From Laetmonice hystrix (taxonomy: Eukaryota), in the NCBI GenBank assembly GCA_965235115.1, contig OZ249436.1, positions 34,598,001-34,662,000 of the forward strand: 64,000 nucleotides of DNA, written 5' to 3'. The position numbers were made by a program, and so were the translations under genes. The notes under the pieces were generated by a model. It was not told where the DNA came from. It did no database searches and saw only the letters and a list, made by a program, of their open reading frames with translations. Shown here piece by piece: positions 11,401-23,400 of the stretch (positions are counted from its first letter, which is position 1; each line of letters opens with the position of its first letter).

Positions 11401-14400
11401 AATGGCGTATTTTATATTTACATTATATTACCTCTCATTAGCTGCATAGCTATGAAAATACATGCATTTATTAAAAAGGAAGGCCATGCTAATTCATCTC
11501 TTACTAACCTTCCTCTACATCCATCAAAGTTTGCAATCAGGTGGTGTACGTAGTACCATGTATCATTGAAACGTTTACAATCCGTAGAAATCTTAGTAGG
11601 TCAATCTCGACCGATTTATTAATTACTTACAATTATCAACTCGCAGTGGGAAAGGAAGACGTTCAATATTATAAATGTTTAAATTTTTCAGACATCATTT
11701 TGTCTCTGAGCTGGTCAGGATTTTTCTAACTGACCTCCTTCCAAGGTCAAGGTCAACGAGAATGTTGGGGCGTTTACCTTTGGCCGTTTGATGGTTTTCT
11801 GCGGTTTACGGTTACCAAGTTTCTTCATTGTGTTGTAGTAGCTCTTCTGGTTGGAAGTTAGGAATATGTCCAGGTAGCCTCCCTCATACTGTTACATCAG
11901 GATACAATACAATATTAAAACAGGCAGGTATGAAGAGTATAGGATGATTACTATAGCATGATTCCACCTTTCAAATTTCCAACATATTTTAATCCTTTTT
12001 TCTTCTTCTTTCTTTTCCAAATAAAAAAATTGTAAAAAACATAATACAGTCTATGATTTCACTTCGGTGGAAAAATAGATTAGTACAAAAGTCCAATAAT
12101 TCTCTTACCTTTTTCTTTAATCTATTAAAGTTGTCAATGATAACACCGATAAAGAGATTGAGACTGAAGAATGATCCGACAAAGACGAAGGCGTAGAAGA
12201 ACCAGATGGCACTGAAGGTGGCGTGCCGGACGGGCTGCAGGTCGACACCTCTCGAGTCCATGGCAGCATCCATGATCTCCATCCAACCCTCAAACGTCGC
12301 CTGCAAACCACGCGTTCAATCAGGTAACCATCCCGACACAGACTGTGGACACGTATCTCAGGATCTGGGTAAGCTACCTGGCCCCGGTTTCAAGAAACTG
12401 ATTTGGGTGGTCAAATTTGACTACCCTAGTCAAAACCTAGGTCAAATCTGGATTTGACCAATCGGGTTTTGACTAGGGTAGACTACTCAAATCAGTTTCT
12501 TGAAACCGGGGCCTCTTTATGTCATCTGTGGACTTGCATGACATTGGATTCCTTGAGCGTTAAGTTGAGTTATCCTCAGTAAAATACAGGTACGACTCAG
12601 AAAGACCTACCACTTGAAGCAGGGCCAGAAACCCAATGATTGCATTGTCAAAGTTGACGTAGAAGTTTTTCCATCTGGCGTCCGAGCCGTTGTTTTGCAT
12701 GGCCTCACACACCGTTCGGTTTGGTACGATCGCGGCGTCCCACATCGTACCATCGGCCATGCGGCAGGCGGCAAACTTTCCAGCGAACAGTTGGAACCCG
12801 GCGATCGCGAAGATGAGCCAGAAAACCATACAGACTACAAGTACGTTGAAGATGGAAGGAACCGCGTACACGAGCGCATTCACCACGATCTATTCATAAA
12901 CAAAAATGTCATATATAAATATTATAGAGATTTAGTATTCCGTGACTGTGCAAGGACTGTCGTATGCAGTTTGTTGGGAGAAAGGGGCAATTGAAGAGGA
13001 AATTACGATTGGGATAGGGGTTTTACAACTCAGCAACAGCCAGAGTCATATCGAGCCGGTCTGTTTTACTTGTGGTATATAAAAATAAACCTCAAAGAAA
13101 AAAGGAAATTATCTCTTCTAAATAAGGCAATTTAAACGCATTTGCATGAAGACAAGTCGGTGGACAGACAGTCATGCATGTATGTAAAAGTGCACTGTGA
13201 TGACATCAAACTTACCTTCATTCCTTGCCACCGAGACACAGCTCGCAACGGACGGAACGCGCGCAGGGTTCTCAAGGCAACGAATGCACTGATCTGATCG
13301 AGACCAAGACTCTCGGCAGCCAGCGAAACGAGAGCAACCTGATGGAGTAACAGAATACAATGTACATCCTTTAAGATATCACCAGTCAGACCTTTCTTTA
13401 TTTACTGACAGATATCCCAGAGCGATTGTCCCCGGGGCGATAGTCCTACGGAGCGATTGTCCCCGGGATGGCTGTCCTAGAATCATCATTCTATGAGACA
13501 CCGTCAAAAAGTAATGGAACAACTTATGATAATTCAATTCAAACTTATCAGTCGACTTCCTTGTTACAATTCGAGATTTTTATCATGAATTCGACAGTTT
13601 GTCCGTGAAGTACACTGATTGAAGAATGTCCCTTTTGCTTTTAAAAAGAAGTCTTACCACAACAATACAGAAGTCGAGCACCGTCCAGAATTTCGTAAAA
13701 TATGTCTTGAATCCTAGGGACACCCATTTCATGAGCATCTCGATGGTGAAGACGACAGCAAATAAAATGTTTAGGTAGTACAACACCTCCTTCATGACCG
13801 GCCTCTGGTACAAGTATATATCTTCAAAACACAAAGCTATGCTACTGCAGAGAATGATCAACAAGATGAAGTATTCAAACGCCTTGTGTTCTGTGATTTT
13901 GAAGGACATCTCGCGGACGCGGTGCCAGAACCTACAGCAGCGAGTATCTTGCATCCGTTCACAGCATGAAGACCTGAAAAAGTGCAATAAAAACCAAAAT
14001 GAGGAAATCTTATGTTTATGAATACAAGGTATTTGTCTTCATTGCGTAGAAACATCTAGAATGCCAACAAACAGACCTAGAGATAGGTATCAGTATACCA
14101 CTTTTGAAAATAAAGAAGAGAAAACTTATAAAACTACAATAGTGAAAAAACGTTATAATTGGTCAAAAACAGGTAAAGTGATGTAAATTATGTTAAGACA
14201 GTTGGATAACGGAAATAACTAATAGTTTCACGAGTTTCTGGGAATCTAAATCTACCTGTAACAAATCGGAGGGAAGCAGTCTTCGACTTCCTTAACGTCT
14301 CCATTTTCATCATCATCGTCATCGAACTGGTCAGCCTTCTGCTTCGTCGTATACCTGACTCTCTTGTTCTCTTCACCTTTCTTCTTCCAAGGAGCCCAGA

Positions 14401-17400
14401 GAGACCTGCTCTTCGTCTGCTTCACATCGCCCTTTTCCGCACTGTCAATATCCTTGGCCAAACCTTCTTCCATCGTTTTGGGTTTTGGTGATATTGACAA
14501 GGGAAATTCAACGAATTTCTCCCGTTCTGTAGTAAACGCCTCAGACATACCCTTTAAAAGGTAGAAAGATTATGTGAAAATCTTCTTTTCGGTCTTTATT
14601 GAATAAAATATGGAGTCAACAACACAAAAATTCCCATGACAATGCAAAAAAGATCGACAACAATGGAAATGTCATTTATAAAGTTTTCAATAGAAAGTTG
14701 CTTGGGAAAAATGTCACTCACGTTGGGTTTGCTTGGTTTCAGGATTCCATTGATTGGATTTTGGCGCTCTCCCTCCCGTTGGCTATCCTCTACATTATCT
14801 TGACCAGAGGAATCCTCAGTGGAAGATACCGGGTTGATTTGTACAACTGCATTTGGATCATCTTTAAAAATTAAAAATATATTTCTATCACACAATATAA
14901 ATATGGTTTCAGGCAATTGCGGCGTCTAACTCATAGAATGAGGCATGCTCTGCAGGTCTTAACTGACAACTGGTTTAAACTGACAACAGTTGTGAAGTTA
15001 GATCCAGATCCAGGGCAAAGTGGGGACAATAGGAAAATCAGAAAAGATATCTTTTACAAGTAAATTAAGGACTTTGGCGGACTTCAATGACGGTTCATTC
15101 GAAGAAGAACTTACCTTTATCTTCCCCTTGCTGAGATTTATTAGAAATCTTCTCCTCGTTATCATACATTTCCTTCTGTTTCTTCATGACTTCGGCCAGG
15201 ATGTCCGCAATAGTTGGTTTCTTCGGTTCGGCATCGTTTGGTTCTATCGTGTTATTCTTGGACTTGAAGATTCCTTTCAGTTTATCCCAGCCTTGCTTCA
15301 TCTTGTTCTGAGACGCCTCTTCCTTCCCCTTTTGGAGCGAGTCCGTCGCGAAGGAGTTGAGCATCAGGGCCAAGAAGAGGTTCAGGACCTAAGGTATAGA
15401 ATAGATATGATTTCTTCTATAGATAATCATAAATTATATCATATAAATCGATAAATAATCCGGTGTCTCTCACTGCCTAAAGTATGAAAAGTAACGTTTC
15501 TAAGTGGACACGCAAAAAGGAACCAAGGAAATGATCTTATCGTGAATAAAAGCGGACGAAATCAATTTTCCTAAGATCCAACAATCTAAAATGGATGGAC
15601 GTAGGCCTTTTCTGTTGGAGTCTTTTCAGATTTAATATAGACAAATTCACCTCAAATCCACTTTAAAAGCCGAACCGCCCCCTCCCTATATGCAACCTTG
15701 TATGAAATATCACACCGAATCACTTCAAAAGCCGAACTCCCCTCTCTGTATACAACCTTGTATGAAATATTATGCGGAATCACTTCAAAAGCTGAACCCC
15801 CCCCCCCCCCTCTATGTATGCAACCTTGTATGAACTATCACGCCGAATATGTAACTATGAAGATAAAGGACTTAATCCATTTTCAATCGAAGGTATTTTT
15901 TTCACTGATACTTACCACCATGTTTCCTAGGACAAGAGTTGGCAGAAAGACGACCATACAAAGCTCTCCCGCCACCGACATGCAGTCCCACATCGGTTCG
16001 ATCCACTCCCCGCATAAAATCCGGAAGATCAGTACCAACGAATGCTCAAAGTCGACGAAAGTCCACCTGAAGAAAGAGTCGTTTTCATATCATGTTTGGG
16101 TATCCACATGTTTAATGGCGAACGTGGATTACGATCAAGGCATCTGTGATAATAACCGTTTTACATTGGTGTCAAATATTTCTGACATTAATTCAGGCTC
16201 GGGAATCAGGGGGCAAGGGGGCTAGTCTCCTCCCTGAACTTTTTGTATTTGAGTAGACTGCACTGGCAGTGCTCCGCCACTTTTTGATGGCTTAGCCCCC
16301 CTCCCCCTGGAAGTCTGCCTCTGTTATTCCTACCTCGGGACTTCATTCGGTGCAAATCTCTCCGCTGTGTAGTAGCTTCCAAACAACTGCATGCCCATGA
16401 CGGCAAAGATGTATATTACAATAAATAGGATGACGGTCAAATTGCCAAGGGCTCCGAGAGTCCGGACAATAATGGATATCAACATCTTCATGGTCGACCA
16501 CGTCTGGGCTAGTTTGAAGATACGCAACAGGCGAAGCTTAAAAAGGGGAAATGAGGTTTAAAAGGTGAAACTGTAAGCATGATACTCGACATGAGATTCA
16601 ATGTTTGTATAAATCTTTGGTGAAATTCAAATCTGGAGAAACTTTACTTACCAGCCTGATAACGCCGAGCCCTTCGACGTCTGGTCCACTGGCTATGTCG
16701 ACGATCGATATCATCACGACAAGCAAGTCAAATAAATTCCATGCAGCTCGGAAATACATTCTACTCATTGCTAAAATCTTTAGGAAGGCCTCAAGAATGA
16801 AAAGTCCCGTGAAGACCTGTTCGAAAAAAATAAATCACTCATCAGAATAGAGGAAAGGCTATGCTTGGCCCGGTTTTCCTAAAAAAAAACATATTACAAA
16901 ACTAGCAAAAATAATCGATTAAAACGGATTTACCCAAATAATAATTAAAATAATTTCACCTACATAATTAAGACTATGAAGGACGTTTTGCAGAGACGTG
17001 TCCATCGGGTAATGTTCTATGGCCATGCTCAGGACATTGAGTGTGATACAAAAAGAGATGAACAGCTCAAAAATAATGTCGGTGACGATCTTGTAGAGAT
17101 AATTCTGGACAGCCAACCATTGGGGGTAGGCATAGCAGGAACGGCCACAACACTGACAGTTACGATCTGTCAGTGCGTTATCATCGTCATCTGAAAAATA
17201 TCAAGTAATGTTATAACATTAGACAAAGTTCGATGATCTAAGCTTGTACTGTCCATCCATAGCAAATGTAGGCTAAGGCTACAATGCAAAATACAAGTAG
17301 TTCTCATTCAAATTGGAGGAGTTATTAAAGTTTACTATTATTAGGTAAATTCGCACCTTCGATTTGTTCAGTTGGGGCATCACCGTCATTGCCTTCGGAA

Positions 17401-20400
17401 ATTATACTTTCTAACTCTTCGTCGTCCATCATCGACACAGTGTTGACATGGCCAAGTGGCTGGGAGATGCAAAAACCAATTGTTATTTTTCACATCACTG
17501 ATCATCAGACAGTTTATAGTCTTGTTAATGATGGTTCCGAAAAATAAATTCGTGAAAAGAGGTTTCTTAAAAGAGATACGTCATGGTAAAACAGCGCGGG
17601 AATAGGCCGATATTTTTACTAAAAATCTGTTTTGTTTCTGTGGTTGTTTAAATTTATTTAAAGCACTGGCTCAGAATGAACAATTCTAACCTCAGAGTGA
17701 GTTTTCTTTAGTTGGTCTCCGTCCACGAGCAGCTCTTTTGATCCCGTTTTGCAATCCCTCACTGTCGTCACGTCGTCTGCCTCGTTAGCCTCGTTTCCGA
17801 TACTTCCTTGAATGCCAGTCTCAGTGTGTCTGGCGAGACCTTCGACCTTGGAGCTCGGTTCGACCTTGACGATGTTTCTAGGCAGGTACATGCTCTCTAG
17901 AGCGCTGTCCATTATACTGATTGTGCTGTTCTTCAAATGGCCGTTGCTCCTCAAACTGGCGTAACTAGCAGAATTGGAACCATTCATGTTACCAGCTATG
18001 TGGAGGTGGTTGGTGTCCGTCTTTGAGAGGTCGTCCTGTTCCAGCGGACTAGCTGAGGCAGCGTCTGTTGTGGCCTTGGTCTCCTGGCCCGATCCTTCCT
18101 TTGATGTTGCACCGGTTTTTCCTTTCTTTTCCCGAGCCCTTCTCTCCTTGCGTTCTTGTTTCTCACGCTTTCGTTCCTTCTCCTTTTCGATCTGATGGAA
18201 ATAATTTTGTTTATGTTCATTTGTTATACAGATTGACACTTTATTGTTGTTTTGCTCAGTTGTTCATTCAGTTTATGAAGAATAACGCACATGTTTTTTT
18301 CTTTGTCTATTGCTATAATTAAATATATATAATATTTATAAGAGGAAGCAGCCACTGCTACGTCTAAAGAAAAGCAAGCTTTCTTTACTAATTACTAACA
18401 CGGTCACATGCACCATTATGGGGGTAATAAAATAATAATAGGCCTACAGCGTAAAACCTATCGAGAAGCCCATGGCCTCCGATGGCATTGACTGCTATAC
18501 AAGTCAGACATCATTGAAGGCTGGCTATATGAGCCCTTATTTTTCAGGGGAGCTACAATGGTGCCACATAAGAAATAATGCAAGACTCGGTGATGTAGGG
18601 TCAGATAACAGAGAGTGAAAATAAACAAAGCGGAAGCGATATGCTATCAATGAAGATCTACAGTGGTACTTGCCATTTCTCCCTTTGTCAGCAATAATAA
18701 TGATACATACAGATACAATTGATATTATTGAGTTGACGTTGAAGATATTTGTGTCGGGAACGTGACAAAACCACAATCTGGACTGAGGGCTTACTTCCGA
18801 TAATACTCACCCTGCCTGCGTTTATAGCCTCTTCCTCGTAACTCATGCTGACGACGGCCAGCATCAAATTGATCAGGTAGAATGAACCGAAGAAAACTAC
18901 GAATCCAAAGAAGATGATGTTTGCAGGCCCATTGGCACGAATGACCTAAAACCGAAGACTTATTTTATCATTCATCAGACTACAAGACGAATACCACAGT
19001 CAAATATATCAATAAATAATCATTATCGACTATTGATCCATGCCGAAGAGAAAATGTCAGTGTACCTGTATCTTTAAACCTAGACGCGTATTAATTATTG
19101 ATGGGTATATTCCAGTATCCATAATTAATAATCTAACAGACACCTTTACGTCATATAGACCAACCCCGAGGTCCAAGTTGGGGCCGAGGCCCGAGGATAT
19201 TTACTGTTATAGGGGATGTCCCAAGGACAAGTCGAATGGCCCCTCAGTTTTAGAATCATGGGGGTCCCTTGCCCCTCCCCGATTCCGGCGACTATGTTTT
19301 ACATAATCACCCCCTCCCCCCACACACACTTTGTACTCCCCCCTTAGAAGCTGGGAACATGTGTCTACTTCCGGCATTGGAAACTGACCTTATTGTACAG
19401 ATCTTCCCAAAAGTCTAATGTGATGAGTTGGAAGGCGCTGAGCATCGCCCAGCCGAAGTGATCAAAGTTTGTGTATCCGGAGTTAGGGTTGTCTCCGATG
19501 TCTGGCAGGCAGGTGTAGTTTACCGGACATCCCCTGTGGTCGAAGAAAAGTAAATCTATGCAATATTCACGTGTATGTTCAATATTCAAGGAACAATGTC
19601 GAGTCATTTATGAATAGAAGCAACACAGCTAATAAAAGTGTAAGAAATGGAAGGCACTGTGTTCAAAAGATCGTAAAAATAGTTGTCCTCTAAATGGTAG
19701 AAATAGTTTGTAGAAAATAATTGGACTTCTTCTTAATATTAGCAATACGATTTGAAACGTCTTCACCATTAACCTAATAAAAACAGGTTCTTACCCAACT
19801 CCTGTACCATTGCCACATAGTTTATATTCGTCTTCATCTAAAAACCAGTTGTCTGCAATTACGAAACATAACATCCATGAGAGCCATAATAAATCGATAT
19901 TCCGAGCCCCCTGAGGATTGTCTGGACCTACATCAGTAACCCGCCCTCTATAATTCATTGGACATATATAACGGAGGTAACGATATCTCAATAAAACCCA
20001 ATAACCCCCTTTGTATAATGGTTGTATTATAATAACTCATTATAGAATATTGGTATCGCTAGCTAGATTCCGTCCTAAACCTTTTGATTATTACTGACTT
20101 TGTAGCATTCCGCTACAATTTTGGTGCACGTAATATATTGCTAGACGACTTACCAGAATCTTTGATATACAAGGAGTATTCATAATGAGTAAGGACCGTA
20201 TTAGTTGGAATGTCCTTGACACATTTTTGACGAAGGATGCCTGCATATACTTGAAGAGCGAAGAGTGCAAAGACCATGATGCAGAAAAGCGTTAAAAACA
20301 TGACCTCGGCAAGCATCTTCATAGATTTCATCAAAGCAGCAATAATGGTTTTGAGACCTGTAAAATAAAAGAGACGGTATAAGAGTTTAACAATTATTCA

Positions 20401-23400
20401 AGACTGATTTAATTCTTTCTCCACAATACGGGAAATGGGATACATTTTCTTAGGAATTGAGGTAACCATGTTGTGTGCTTACCTGGTACTATAGAAACTG
20501 TTTTTAAAACTCTTAGAACTCGGAATGTCCGCAAACCGGTGATGTTGCCCAGGCCAGCTCCTCCTGTGGCAGCTAATATATATGTTAAATACCTAAAACA
20601 AGAATATATAGGGCTAGAGTTCCATACAGATTACCAATAGGTCTACAGTTTGTAGAAACACCTAACATTTCTATTTTGAAATTCGAATTTTATGTAGAAT
20701 ATAGTCAGTCGACTCAATAGGCGTAGTTAACGGTTAGCTGCATGGGCGGTTTTTGGTAGCCTTGATGCCCAATATATGAAGGCTATTTCTAGGTCAACTG
20801 CACTTTGGATGTGTAAGGAGTAGACGGGATATCAAAAAGATACTTACGCTGACCCTATGACTAAGAAATCTAGCCAGTTCCAACCGTCACGTAAATACGT
20901 GAACGTATTTAATACGAAGCCTCGGGCCAGTAACTTCAGTAATGCTTCCACCGAATAGATTGCCAGGAAAACATATCTAAAACAATACACAAAAAACGCT
21001 ATATTCCAACCTAGGAAAATGGACAACAACGAATACATAAAAAATAGTACTACAATGTGTGCTTATAGTTACTTCATTTCGGCACCTCAAATAACTCCGG
21101 TAGGTCAGCCGGTGAAGATTTTTGTTTATGTTTATACTTACTCGGCGACGTTTGTGAGTCCCTTGGTCTCGGGTAAAGCCAAGAAGACGCAGTTGACCAA
21201 GATGGTGAGAATGATGAAATAATCGAAGATCTGATTGGTGACTATGTACACAGCGAGACGTCTGAGCGGGTTCCATGGTGCCAGAAGGAAGAACGCTTTA
21301 GTGGCAGTGAACCGATGGATGAATGTCTTCTTGAATCTCTTGGTGATGACGACGAACGTCTATGCAAAGTGGACAAACATATAATGTTATCAGTATTTTA
21401 AGTTACCAAGATGGAATCATGTTTGAAAGTCTTTGATGTCCCTGCTAGGAAAGGCAGACCACTGTTCCTCAGGGGTGCAACACGTTCCTTCTATGAGCGT
21501 ACAGTTTTAATTCACCAGAAAACCATGGGATTGAAAATGGCCTAAGTTCAATAACACCTAAATGTATATCTAAATGTTTATTTCATCTTCAATAATAGCC
21601 AACGAGCTCCTAGCGTCGTACTTTGACTGCTTTAATTTTAGGCCTCTAGTTTCAAGCATTTCATCTAATATTCGATACAGACAAAGCAACTCAATACAAG
21701 AAGCAGACATGTTCAAAATCCCCTAAATCTTGGGATTTTGATAACTATACCGACGTAATACAAACACTCCAGCTTGGAATAATTTTGCATACGCTCTAAG
21801 CCGGCATATGGAATATAAAGCAGACGTTAGCGGTAGACTATGGGTCGTCAGCTTTCTAGTTGTCGGTATTCAAAACAAATAAAACAAAGTTAGACTTTCG
21901 GTGAAAACCATAGGAAAGGGCCCTGAAGGGTCTGGTAAATTGTTCTATTTTACGACCGCTATATAAGTGTAAGTTTCTGTGTGAAATATAATAGGCCCAG
22001 GCCCTATTGTCCATTGTGTCGTGTAGTTTTATTTTGTGACTTGTGTTCGTTTTGTGTGTGTATTTCAACCGTGAAAGCAGCATAACCATGCAGCATGCGA
22101 CTCCCTGAAGAAGAATTCATTTTCGTATTACACTGGACCAATCCTTTTTATACCATGTAGGCCTACGCAACAGCCCGCACTTTTCTCGACGTTTCCAGAA
22201 CGATCCACGATGAACCACGGTGTACAAATAATATACCTGTGACGACATGCTGTCTACACCTGTGAATATGACAATATGAACGACTATAATGTAAAAGACG
22301 TTATTGACAACGTGCCGACCACAGTGAAGGGTGCACAGCTAGACACATGGAGGATTAAGTACAATGATGTGGTAGCTGAACGCTGTGATTGGTCAGACCA
22401 GCCGGGGTCCACCGGTCCCTTACCGGTTGCTGGTCTCGGGAACACTTCACGAAGATAAACGATGGACATGAGAACGACCCGCATCTTTCCTGAAGTTCCT
22501 GCAAAACACCCATCTAGAGTGCTATCCATAATCTCATATGATAGGCCTATTAAATAGTAGTATACGTATGCTCAACCAACCCGTATAGTAGGCCTATCTG
22601 TGACAGTTACAATCGTATATGATTTATCCTGGAAGCTGGCATCTCAACAGCACGTTCCGACCCCTAGAAGTAAGAACTGATCGGGTACAACGAGAAAGGC
22701 AGAGTGATTTCAGCCCGGTATATCGAGCACGTTTCGACCCCTAGAAGTAAGAACTGATCGGGTACAACGAGAAAGGCAGAGTGATTTCAGCCCGGTATAT
22801 CGCCCATGATAACTTAAACCCCACGAAATTTGGTGGAAAGTAAAGATCCATGGCCCTGACCTTATCCCTAACCCCTAATCCCAGTCCCTACACCTCCACA
22901 ATAAATATCCCTATCCTATCCCTATCCCTATCCCTGACCTTAACCCTAACCCCTGCCCAAACATTTCGTGGAAAGTTATCATGGGGGAAGAACCTTCAGC
23001 CCTGCTATACCCATTATTATATAGAAGGTGCGTATGTGTGTCGGGAATAGTAATATTTTCACTGCGTAAAAAGGAGTAAGAAAAGTTTCATGACTTTCAA
23101 CAACTTTATTTTTAAGCCAGATTTAAGATGGGAGCTAGCCAGGGAGGCGTACAAAGCGAGATGTTCTGCTACATGGGGGTGGGGGGGGGGGGTGGGCGTC
23201 GTTCTCTCAAAACAGATGTTTGCCTAGTAATAGGGAGTGAAAGTCACAATGTTGTGGGAGTTTGCCAGTTCCGTGGAATAGGCCACTTGGCGGAAATGGT
23301 TAAAGCAATGGACCAAACCTTACGACATCCCCCACTAAGCCTATACTGCAATTATTAATTTCCAACTTTGCACAGATGATTTCTGTCACTGAATGAATCT

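Noticed and set aside
11509..11514. Possible 6-nt microexon (tag|AGGAAG|gttagt) in a Nav2 intron
   Set aside because: Weak pyrimidine tract; easily arises by chance.
18795..18810. Alternative donor (gtaag) 16 nt downstream of the DI S6 exon donor
   Set aside because: Its use would shift the reading frame.
22276..22458. 60-aa plus-strand ORF nested in Nav2 intron 1
   Set aside because: No recognisable homology or partner exons.
22850..22960. CCCTAA-like repeats as an interstitial telomere or fusion scar
   Set aside because: Short, degenerate and enclosed by inverted arms; better explained as an element core.
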